Of a DNA stretch of 22,636 nt, positions 15,615 through 22,636 are shown piece by piece. Within the stretch, counting starts at the first letter, position 1; each line of letters begins with the position of its first letter. The notes beneath the pieces were generated by a model. The model was given only the letters and a program-made list of their open reading frames with translations, had not been told where the DNA came from and ran no database searches. Source of the stretch: a virus (Duplodnaviria; Heunggongvirae; Uroviricota; Caudoviricetes); the IMG/VR virus record IMGVR_UViG_2740892230_000001, positions 1 through 22,636 of that record; one strand, written 5' to 3'. A program made the translations under genes and the position numbers.

Positions 15615-16316
15615 TTATTTGCCATAGAGCACTTCGGCCGCACTACGCTGGCCTTCATTACCACCGGTGACCATGCCATCTTCAGACATCGCCTTTCCGA
15701 TTTTCACGAACGTCTTGACCAGATCAGGGTGATTACCCAGTCCGGTGGTGTTCAGATATTCTTTGAGCTCAGGTGTCCCGAACTGGTCAAGCGCACGCTG
15801 TGCGGCGCTAAGGTTAGAAATCAACTTGTCGCCACCGATTTCTTTGTCAGCTTTTACATCAGCAGCCCACTGCTCGGTTGTTTTCTGCCAGGCTTCTGCC
15901 TGGCGCTGCTGCACACCTGCCAGAATCTTCGGATAAGCATCAACCAGCTTTTGCGCTTGCTCGTTGGTCAGGTTAAGTTCTCGCGCCACCGGCTCGAACT
16001 CCTTCAACGCTTCTGTATCCAGCTCTACGCCTTCGGCAGCCTGAAACTCGTACTTCTCAGGCGCACCCTCTGGTTTATCGCCGTCCTTTTTTTCATCCTG
16101 CTTATCGTTTTCAGGCTTTTTGTCATCAGCAGGTTTATCGCCATCAGCAACAGGTTGTGGCTTATCACCTTCCTGTTGTGATGGATCACCAACTGGAGCA
16201 GGGTTATCACCTGCAGGCGCTGACGGTTCTGACGCAGCCGGAGCTGCTCCACCATCGACTGGTTGCTCATTGCAAAGACGGCGATACAGCAAACGCTCAA
16301 ATAAATTCATGATCAC
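15615..16316 (-). CDS. Scaffolding protein, 233 aa
   Basis: Highly acidic, low-complexity, Pro/Asp/Lys-rich N-terminal half (DGDKP repeats) and helical C-terminal half; lies between portal and capsid genes. Confidence 0.55.
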   Translation of the reverse strand: MIMNLFERLLYRRLCNEQPVDGGAAPAASEPSAPAGDNPAPVGDPSQQEGDKPQPVADGDKPADDKKPENDKQDEKKDGDKPEGAPEKYEFQAAEGVELDTEALKEFEPVARELNLTNEQAQKLVDAYPKILAGVQQRQAEAWQKTTEQWAADVKADKEIGGDKLISNLSAAQRALDQFGTPELKEYLNTTGLGNHPDLVKTFVKIGKAMSEDGMVTGGNEGQRSAAEVLYGK

Positions 16317-16609
16317 TCCTGTTCACTGGCCTCTTTGGCCATCTTCAAATACTGTTCAGGGCAATGAGCCATAACGCGCTGAAACAGTTCCAGCGCCAGA
16401 TTGCGTTGCCCCTCATTAAATGCCATTGCCATAGCATCCATCGGAGAGATAGCGGAAAACACCCGGCCTTTCTCCAGCACAGACCAGACAACGCGACGCC
16501 CCTGTTCACTGCTCATGACAAAGCGAATGTCATCAATTTCACGCTGTGCCATGTCACGTTGCTTACGGGCGTTTTCTTCTTTCAGTTGATCGTCTTCGTA
16601 ATCTGTCAT
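16313..16609 (-). CDS. Hypothetical 98-aa protein between the portal and scaffold genes
   Basis: Track ORF with 4-nt overlaps at both ends (translational coupling). Confidence 0.5.
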   Translation of the reverse strand: MTDYEDDQLKEENARKQRDMAQREIDDIRFVMSSEQGRRVVWSVLEKGRVFSAISPMDAMAMAFNEGQRNLALELFQRVMAHCPEQYLKMAKEASEQE

Positions 16610-18285
16610 TGTGATTGCCCACCCTGACCACTAACTGCATTCGCCATAGCTGACAAAACACTCGGATCCGAAGTTTTAGCTTCGCTTAGCGTCTTGGCAC
16701 CCTGTGCCGCCGCCATCCCCATCGCCATCATTTGTTGCTGCTGTTGCTGCTGTGCCCGTTGCTGGCGAGCCTGATCAACCTGTTCCTGCGGAACAATGAC
16801 GGTTGGAGACACTCCGGACATATCAGCGAATGCATCGATCGCCTGATCAACGTTGAGTTTGTCGAGAGCTTCTGGTTTCGCTTGCGCAAGTTGACCAATG
16901 AAGTTAACCGTGGACGCCAGACTGGACAGGCCGATAGACTTCTGCGCCTGAGCCATGACGGAAATGTATTCGACCTTCAGGGGCATGCCTTCCATCGCGT
17001 CAGGCGGTGGCGGCAGCATGTTTTTACGCACCATCATCGAGAAAGCGCGGTCAATGAGAGGATTAAGACATTCGTCGTTCAGACGCTCCAGAACCGGCCC
17101 CAACATCAGAAGTTTTTCTTCTTTCATTTCGATCACCGCTTCAACAGGCATCGAGCGGGTATTGATGTTCTGCAACATCATGAACAGATCGACAAAGTAG
17201 GCGCTGTTAATGATTTGACGAGTGTCCTGAATGTCTGCTACCAGATCTGCTGTACTGGGGTTAACCAGATAAGCAGGCCTGAAACCATCCTGACCAGTAA
17301 TCTGATCGATATACGTGATGTCGCCAGGAAGAAGGGAGGCGCGCTGATTCTTGAGGGAAGTCGGAGCAACCATCGGCGGATTGGTGGCTTTATCAATCAA
17401 CTGCGACTTGCGCTTCTGAAGAAGCTGCAATGCCTTAACAGGTCCAAGCGCCAGCATACCCGGGCATGATGATCCATAAACATCTTCGCCGTTAACTTCC
17501 CAGCGCGGAGCCATAATTGGAAACTCATCGAATCCGGACTCACGCAACAACTTGTCGTTATCGCCGCCAACCTCGTAATAAACCGATTTGAATGGCTTGT
17601 TCTTGCTATCCAGCTTCGATGTATCGCGGTCAATGTTCGGGTAAACCGAATGCATCACCTCAATCCACTTCTCGTAGGTGCCACTTTCCCACATGCTTTT
17701 TACGGATTCGCTGACGTTATTTAGCCCGAACTCCTGAACAAGCTGACGAACAGTCATAGAGAACTTGCGAAAACAGATGTCCACACTGCCACGAGGTGAG
17801 TTAGCCAAGTAGTAACTACCTATCGGGAATGGCATTGTGCGAATGATGTCCTCGTCATCCTCCAGCACCGCCATTGCACCAGTGCTGTATGTGCCGAGGC
17901 TTCCGTATAACTGCGGAAGAGACTGGTAGAGATTCGACTTATTGAACATATCATTCATGCGGTTCTGCACCGCCTCAAGCCACAACTTAACAGGGCCATA
18001 ATCCATCATTTCAGGATCTGGCGTAGCCAGGCGAAACCACGGACGCGCGGGGCTTGTGATGCCTGACATCATGCCGCTGGCGAGAGTGCGCGCCGCCATA
18101 GTCCCGGTCGAATCAATAATGCGTGTATTGCGTCGATCGTTACGGTTGACCTCAGAAGTCAGAAAGCGGGAACCACGCGGGTTGATGTAATCACTCAACT
18201 CGCGCCAGTGCGGCTCGAACGACTGACGCTCGCTTTCAAGTTGTGCGAACTGTTTGTTCAATCGCTCTTTAGTTGTTTCCGCCAT
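16606..18285 (-). CDS. Portal (head-to-tail connector) protein, 559 aa, with a poly-Gln C-terminal tail
   Basis: Size and position after the terminase genes. C-terminus QQRAQQQQQQQMMAMGMAAAQG resembles the Gln/Met-rich tail of T7 gp8. GGAG SD. Confidence 0.7.
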   Translation of the reverse strand: MAETTKERLNKQFAQLESERQSFEPHWRELSDYINPRGSRFLTSEVNRNDRRNTRIIDSTGTMAARTLASGMMSGITSPARPWFRLATPDPEMMDYGPVKLWLEAVQNRMNDMFNKSNLYQSLPQLYGSLGTYSTGAMAVLEDDEDIIRTMPFPIGSYYLANSPRGSVDICFRKFSMTVRQLVQEFGLNNVSESVKSMWESGTYEKWIEVMHSVYPNIDRDTSKLDSKNKPFKSVYYEVGGDNDKLLRESGFDEFPIMAPRWEVNGEDVYGSSCPGMLALGPVKALQLLQKRKSQLIDKATNPPMVAPTSLKNQRASLLPGDITYIDQITGQDGFRPAYLVNPSTADLVADIQDTRQIINSAYFVDLFMMLQNINTRSMPVEAVIEMKEEKLLMLGPVLERLNDECLNPLIDRAFSMMVRKNMLPPPPDAMEGMPLKVEYISVMAQAQKSIGLSSLASTVNFIGQLAQAKPEALDKLNVDQAIDAFADMSGVSPTVIVPQEQVDQARQQRAQQQQQQQMMAMGMAAAQGAKTLSEAKTSDPSVLSAMANAVSGQGGQSQ

Positions 18286-18299
18286 TTCAATGACTCCGG

Positions 18300-18506
18300 T
18301 TACTGACCAAGCAGCGTTTTACCGCTGGTATTAGCGGTTGATGTGTCACCCTGAGAACCGGTAAGCAGCGTAGAACTACGACCAGCAGCAGCGCGACGGC
18401 GACGTGTTTCTTCGTCGCGGGCATCAACAACGGCGGCATCCTGCTCCTGTGGTGCTGCCTGAACTTCTGGTGTTGCAGGCACTGATGGTGAGCTACCCAT
18501 GCACAT
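18300..18506 (-). CDS. Hypothetical 68-aa low-complexity protein upstream of the portal gene
   Basis: Shares a 12-nt initiation region (CGGAGTCATTGA then ATG) with the portal gene: tcaatgactccg at 18508-18519 and 18288-18299. Confidence 0.35.
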   Translation of the reverse strand: MCMGSSPSVPATPEVQAAPQEQDAAVVDARDEETRRRRAAAGRSSTLLTGSQGDTSTANTSGKTLLGQ

Positions 18507-18933
18507 ATCAATGACTCCGTACGCAATTAAATTATTACCAATTTAACCACATATGATTTATTTATCGTAGATAGTTGACATTTAACGCACAAATTATTAC
18601 CTTTCAGGTAAGCAAAGGGTTCATTCCGGTTATTAACCTGACTGGCTTGTCGTTAAATTGAACAGGTGGAGTGAGCTTTTATTTTGAGCAGTACGGCGTA
18701 TGGCACATGCGCCGATAGCGGTCTGGATACGTTTAAGGGGCACCCTCCCTTGCTCGGGCAAACGAACCAGGTAGCCGGAATGTGCAAGTCGAGCGGTTTT
18801 ATTCCGCGCACGGGGATTCACCATCCCGGCGATTCGGTGTGACGCCTCGGAAGAGACGAGGGTACAACGATGAGAGCATTTATGGAGCCGCGACAAAGTG
18901 TGGCGCCTTAACAGGCTAAGTGCTCTCAGCGTT

Positions 18934-19010
18934 GTGGCATTAGCTCAGTTGGACAGAGCAACCGCCTTCTAAGCGGTTGGTCGCAGGTTCGAATCCTGCA
19001 TGCCACGCCA
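18934..19010 (+). tRNA. tRNA-Arg, anticodon UCU, 77 nt with encoded CCA
   Basis: Hand-folded cloverleaf: acceptor GTGGCAT/ATGCCAC, D-stem GCTC/GAGC, anticodon stem ACCGC/GCGGT with loop CTTCTAA, T-arm GCAGG-TTCGAAT-CCTGC, discriminator G. Similar to, but clearly diverged from, E. coli argU as recalled. Confidence 0.9.
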
Positions 19011-19053
19011 GAATCACGCCTAAGGACCGTGATGCCAGAAGTTCCAGGGGCTT

Positions 19054-19096
19054 GGCGGTGATGGTTTCCCTTGAAGGACTATCACCGCCCTTTTTA
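19054..19096 (+). terminator. Rho-independent terminator downstream of the tRNA
   Basis: GGCGGTGAT ... ATCACCGCC 9-bp stem followed by CTTTTT. Confidence 0.5.
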
Positions 19097-19173
19097 CAGC
19101 AGGACGCCATTGCGATGACTTCATGCTGTAAACCAGTACAGCCACGGAAGGCATAACTCATTGCTTCCAGTTC

Positions 19174-19199
19174 GCCCGGTTCGCCGGGCATTTTTTTTG
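19174..19199 (+). terminator. Second Rho-independent terminator downstream of the tRNA
   Basis: GCCCGG-TTCG-CCGGGC followed by ATTTTTTTT. Confidence 0.6.
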
Positions 19200-19306
19200 G
19201 CGTGATACGTCACAATTATGATATCGATGCAGATTACGACATACATGAAAAACATGTCATAGTATCTCCTGAGGTTAATCTCGATTCAAAAAGAGGATGA
19301 TTTATA

Positions 19307-19654
19307 ATGATTAAAATCAATAACGTACGTGGTGCTAGCGTTAGCGTCAACGGAGAAGACTTCACTGGTCATCATATTACGATTAACAATGGAAAAGTGA
19401 TCGTTGATGGTGTCGAAAAAAATAGCAATCTTGACGGACAGATTAACGTAACAATTAATGGAAGCGTGGAAGGTGTTGAGATTGAAAATGGATCAGTGAC
19501 TGTAAGCGGTGATGCACATTATGTGAAAACTATGTCTGGTGATGTCCATTGTTCCAATGTATTGGGAAATGTAAACACCATGTCTGGAGATGTAATCTGC
19601 GAAACTGTTGGTGGAAACGCCAGCACAATGTCTGGAAATATTATCAAGAAATAA
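19307..19654 (+). CDS. Beta-rich repeat protein, 115 aa, bactofilin-like pattern, unknown function (moron)
   Basis: AAGAGGA SD; AT-rich; own terminator. Repeated G-x-V/I beta-strand motifs and TMSGDV/TMSGNI repeats (INVTINGSVEGVEIENGSVTVSGD...). Confidence 0.55.
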   Translation: MIKINNVRGASVSVNGEDFTGHHITINNGKVIVDGVEKNSNLDGQINVTINGSVEGVEIENGSVTVSGDAHYVKTMSGDVHCSNVLGNVNTMSGDVICETVGGNASTMSGNIIKK

Positions 19655-19666
19655 TTATTTAAAAAT

Positions 19667-19697
19667 AAAGCCCGCCAAATGCGCGGGCTTTATTTTA
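19667..19697. terminator. Bidirectional Rho-independent terminator between the convergent 115-aa ORF and the large terminase gene
   Basis: AAAGCCCGC-caaatg-GCGGGCTTT flanked by A-run and T-run. Confidence 0.6.
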
Positions 19698-19739
19698 TCC
19701 TCATCAGAGGATATCAACGACATTATCCCCACCAGCGGA

Positions 19740-21215
19740 TTAAGCATAAGGGTCATAATCCGTTATGGCCCTTCCCTGCTGGCTTTGCTGTCCTGGTATA
19801 TTTATGCGTTTCGAGACCGGGAAAGCAAACGTCAGCAGTAGCGCATCGCCTTTACCCGGAGAACGCCCAAGCCGCTCCTTGATATCTTCCTTCGGTTCGA
19901 TAACGATTTTACCGTCCACACGAACTTTGTACTCTGCCGCCGACAGGTCGTCTGCAGTTTCCTGGTCATCCAGCATGCCGCCCAGCCTCAGCCATGTCTT
20001 ACATGAGTTGAACATCTCCCCGCGCTTGTTAAGCATCTGCGGGTCAGTGGACGCACCGCCGAACGGAACAAGTTGCCATGTACGTCCCCAGCCATCACCG
20101 ATTGACTTCAAACCGGTTCCGTAACCGAAGTCGATGAACACCGCGTCAGCCTGATACTGGTCTTCAAAGTCAGCGATACGCTTCGCCATAATCAGATCGT
20201 CGGTAGTCTTGTTGCCAGTCCACAGCACCTTACTGTGTAGCCCCTGCCGCAGGTATATCACCGCGTCATCAACGCCTGAATATGCTGGGTCAACACCGAT
20301 TATCACCGGAGCATGTGCAACCTGCGCAGCGGTGACCACCCGTTTCATTGCCTCGTCAGTAAGGCCGGTAGGGATAAACTGCAATTCAGATGCATCAGGG
20401 AATATGCCGCGCACACGGATTTTAACGAAGTCGCTGTCTTCCCCGTAGTCATCAACCCATTTCTGCAACTGCTGTTTGTTAGTGCCTTCCACCGTCCGGC
20501 TGTCAATCTGCGCAGTTTTCCAGCGGTGTTTATATTTGCGGAAACATTCGCGGAAACGCCCGGTGTTACGCGTCGGGTTTCCGAACGCCACCCAGATAAT
20601 CTCAGTGTCTTCGTCCGTAAGCGCACCCTCTGCTACCTCCCACACCAGATCGGCAATGTTCGACGCTTCATCGAATACCACGATGATGCGTTTGCGCTCG
20701 TTGTGTAGTCCGGCGAATGCCTCAGTGTTGTGCTCAGACCAGGGGATTGCGTCAGCTCGCCACCGCTTGTCGTGCCCAGGGTCATTGCTGTACATCGCGG
20801 TAGCTGTACAGGTAAACCAGTCTTTCGTGATAGCAAGGTTTGACCACTTGATAATTTCCGGCCAGGTCTTCGTTCGTAGCTGGTTGTCGGTGTTGGCGGT
20901 CACCACGACCTTACAATCCTCGCAAGTGGACATGCCCCAGTTGATCAGCATTGAGATGAATGCGGATTTACCAATGCCGTGACCCGAAGCACGTGCCAGC
21001 ATAAGCGGCTGATAGCGCGTCTCTGGATTCTGCAGGTGATCACGTATCTCTCGGAACGCATCAGCCTGCCACTTACGTGGACCGGTGGCATGTGCCAGTT
21101 CAGTCCCCTCTTCCCCCCAAGGGAACGCATAGAGGGCATAGCCAAGCGGATCGTGAGTGAACCCTGCAATATCCTCGATTAACTGCTCTTCAGGAGATAA
21201 CGCTGTATCTGTCAC
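19740..21215 (-). CDS. Terminase large subunit, 491 aa
   Basis: Walker A-like LARASGHGIGKS, Walker B IIVVFDEAS, nuclease-domain motif VIIGVDPAYSG. GTG start overlaps the terS stop (GTGA). Confidence 0.85.
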   Translation of the reverse strand: MTDTALSPEEQLIEDIAGFTHDPLGYALYAFPWGEEGTELAHATGPRKWQADAFREIRDHLQNPETRYQPLMLARASGHGIGKSAFISMLINWGMSTCEDCKVVVTANTDNQLRTKTWPEIIKWSNLAITKDWFTCTATAMYSNDPGHDKRWRADAIPWSEHNTEAFAGLHNERKRIIVVFDEASNIADLVWEVAEGALTDEDTEIIWVAFGNPTRNTGRFRECFRKYKHRWKTAQIDSRTVEGTNKQQLQKWVDDYGEDSDFVKIRVRGIFPDASELQFIPTGLTDEAMKRVVTAAQVAHAPVIIGVDPAYSGVDDAVIYLRQGLHSKVLWTGNKTTDDLIMAKRIADFEDQYQADAVFIDFGYGTGLKSIGDGWGRTWQLVPFGGASTDPQMLNKRGEMFNSCKTWLRLGGMLDDQETADDLSAAEYKVRVDGKIVIEPKEDIKERLGRSPGKGDALLLTFAFPVSKRINIPGQQSQQGRAITDYDPYA

Positions 21216-21808
21216 TGATTGCCATCCTGACGTTCTTTGAGTCGCTTCCTGGCTGCTGCTATGCGATCAGCAATTGTCACATTCACATTAACATCCAAGC
21301 GTTCTTTGAATGCGTTGACGTCGACGTGCTTACCAATCAGTTCGAGGTTCTTCACCTTGTCAGGCCATTTAATTTTTTTGAGGATTGTCTCTATCGAATC
21401 CTCGTTCATGTTCATGATGGTCGATGACAGATCAAAGCCGCTAAGCGTAGTGCGCCAGATTTTCGGCCACTCGCGGATTGGCTTAAGGCTCCCATCGTCG
21501 TTGAGGATGTCGATCACGTCCATCTGGTCGATCTCCACCAGGCGCATGAGAACGTAATCAGCACTGACGCGCATTCGTTTGTTGCGCTCCTCCATCAACT
21601 CGGCAATCCGTTTTTGAATACGTTCATCGCGCATCATTACACTGGCTTTAACTGCCGCTGTATTTGGGGAGAATCCTGCGTTAATCGCTGCCTGAGTCTG
21701 GTTTTCAGGCGTTTTGATGTATGACTGGCAATAAGCCTCCTGCATTGCTGTTAGTGGCTTAAATTGCGTTGATTTGCGTTTATAGGTTTTAGGTTCAGCA
21801 GGCATCAT
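21212..21808 (-). CDS. Terminase small subunit, about 198 aa
   Basis: GFSPNTAAVKASVMMRDERIQKRI resembles the small-terminase helix-turn-helix region. Start set at the ATG at 21808 (MMPAEPK); the track's extra 26 N-terminal codons cover the tandem repeat. Confidence 0.65.
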   Translation of the reverse strand: MMPAEPKTYKRKSTQFKPLTAMQEAYCQSYIKTPENQTQAAINAGFSPNTAAVKASVMMRDERIQKRIAELMEERNKRMRVSADYVLMRLVEIDQMDVIDILNDDGSLKPIREWPKIWRTTLSGFDLSSTIMNMNEDSIETILKKIKWPDKVKNLELIGKHVDVNAFKERLDVNVNVTIADRIAAARKRLKERQDGNQ

Positions 21809-21815
21809 AACCACC

Positions 21816-21849
21816 GTGGTAATAGTTACCATTGTGGTAATAGTACCAT
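21816..21849. repeat. Tandem direct repeat (17 + 16 nt), each unit internally palindromic, immediately upstream of the terS start
   Basis: gtggtaatagttaccat (21816-21832) and gtggtaatagtaccat (21834-21849); arms GGTAA/TTACC. CCACCGTGG, the immI operator core, abuts at 21811-21819. Confidence 0.6.
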
Positions 21850-21850
21850 G

Positions 21851-21877
21851 CAAAATAAAGCCGCCATAGTTGGCGGC
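21851..21877 (-). terminator. Rho-independent terminator between the upstream small genes and the terminase genes
   Basis: Minus strand reads GCCGCCA-ACTA-TGGCGGC followed by TTTATTTTG. Confidence 0.55.
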
Positions 21878-21926
21878 AGTATTCAAAACACATCAAATTC
21901 ATCATGCATAATCTACTCGTGACATG

Positions 21927-22265
21927 TCACACTATTAATTTCGTTTCATGCCAGCCTTTAGTCACCCAGCATTGCGAGTCACCATTGCACGGGCATGAAT
22001 TAACTGGAACTCTCTCGCCGCACTTACCGCAACGTTTTCTGCTGATCGATTTTATACGCCCGCGCACGCGTGCATCATCCTGGCGGATCAGTGACGCTAT
22101 ATACTCACCAAATTCGTAAGGCGCACGCCCGGGGCGACGCGTGGCACAGTTACGCTCTAGCATTTCAATTTCCTGAGCATCAAGCACAATCTCCATCTTA
22201 CGCACACCAGATGCAGCTTGTCTGGCTCTCTGAGCGGCTTTGCGCTCTGCTGCTGATTTAGCCAT
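21927..22265 (-). CDS. Hypothetical 112-aa basic protein with a C-terminal four-Cys cluster (C-x2-C-x9-C-x-C); candidate regulator
   Basis: Track ORF; 8-nt overlap with the upstream gene; stop codon lies inside the palindrome GTGACATGTCAC (21919-21930). Confidence 0.5.
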   Translation of the reverse strand: MAKSAAERKAAQRARQAASGVRKMEIVLDAQEIEMLERNCATRRPGRAPYEFGEYIASLIRQDDARVRGRIKSISRKRCGKCGERVPVNSCPCNGDSQCWVTKGWHETKLIV

Positions 22266-22602
22266 TCTGATTTTCCTGCATCATGAGAAATACAATCATG
22301 GCGGCGCGGAGAGGTCTGGTATCAAATATTGGTCTTACGTCTTTTGCATCCACACACCATTCAGTTAACTGGTCTAAGATAGAAATCCTGTATTTCTCAA
22401 TAATCGGCCATGAAGCGATCGGATCATTGCAGTAGTCAGGTAAAGGGGTTAATGGCTCAAAAGTTGTATCAGCATTTCCGTAATACCATTTGTTGGTGTT
22501 ATTCCCTGATGTTTCCGGTTTACATGCCCAAAGGCCTTTAAAAATTATGTCTCCTACCATTCTGTTAATTTCAAAATCACTTAACTGTGAATAGTCCATC
22601 AC
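22258..22602 (-). CDS. Hypothetical phage protein, 114 aa
   Basis: Track ORF with GGAGG SD 6-7 nt upstream of the ATG at 22602. Confidence 0.5.
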   Translation of the reverse strand: MMDYSQLSDFEINRMVGDIIFKGLWACKPETSGNNTNKWYYGNADTTFEPLTPLPDYCNDPIASWPIIEKYRISILDQLTEWCVDAKDVRPIFDTRPLRAAMIVFLMMQENQNG

Positions 22603-22636
22603 TTCACCTCCTGCGGCGGTTCTGGTAGCGGCATCC

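Noticed and set aside
18633-18896. 87-aa minus-strand ORF upstream of the tRNA
   Set aside because: No SD, Arg/Ser/His-rich composition, and it lies in the hairpin-rich non-coding segment; more likely a chance frame across structured RNA or spacer DNA.
18934-19010. The tRNA as a host gene marking a prophage integration site
   Set aside because: Phage packaging genes lie on one side and phage head genes on the other, with no integrase nearby, and the tRNA differs from host argU as recalled. It is more consistent with a phage-encoded tRNA.
21816-21849. CRISPR array
   Set aside because: Only two adjacent 16-17 nt repeat units with no spacers; nothing elsewhere in the window has repeat-spacer periodicity.
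21809-21886. Upstream start for terS at 21886
   Set aside because: The extra 26 codons would be encoded by the terminator hairpin and the tandem palindromic repeats (giving TITTMVTITTVV). The ATG at 21808 is preceded by a GGTGG SD-like sequence and gives a conventional N-terminus.
22603-22636. Partial minus-strand gene at the right window edge
   Set aside because: Only about ten in-frame codons before a stop; too short to support. The segment mainly provides the SD (GGAGG) for the 114-aa gene.

Overview
The window reads as one contiguous block of a temperate podovirus-type phage or prophage, almost entirely on the minus strand. From high to low coordinates: two small proteins, terminase small and large subunits, a phage-encoded tRNA-Arg(UCU) beside an AT-rich plus-strand ORF, portal, scaffold, major capsid, three small virion-region ORFs, T7 gp11/gp12-like tail tube proteins, gp13/gp14-like proteins and two large internal (ejection) proteins, the first carrying a lytic transglycosylase domain. 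Below that lies a P22 immI-like switch (Mnt-like, Arc-like, antirepressor, with a predicted sar-like antisense RNA). The most interesting candidates for an undescribed system are two AT-rich accessory cargos: (i) an Mnt-like ribbon-helix-helix protein with a long unexplained C-terminal domain paired with a membrane-anchored protein, and (ii) a 1.1-kb cassette bounded by perfect 34-bp inverted repeats that carries a toxin-antitoxin-like two-gene operon (YafO-like toxin) and a small secreted Cys/Gly-rich peptide gene. No integrase, att site, rRNA or CRISPR array was seen. All family calls come from reading the translations and from recalled reference sequences (P22 Mnt/Arc, T7 gp11/gp14, E. coli YafO and argU); no database search was run, so they are hypotheses.
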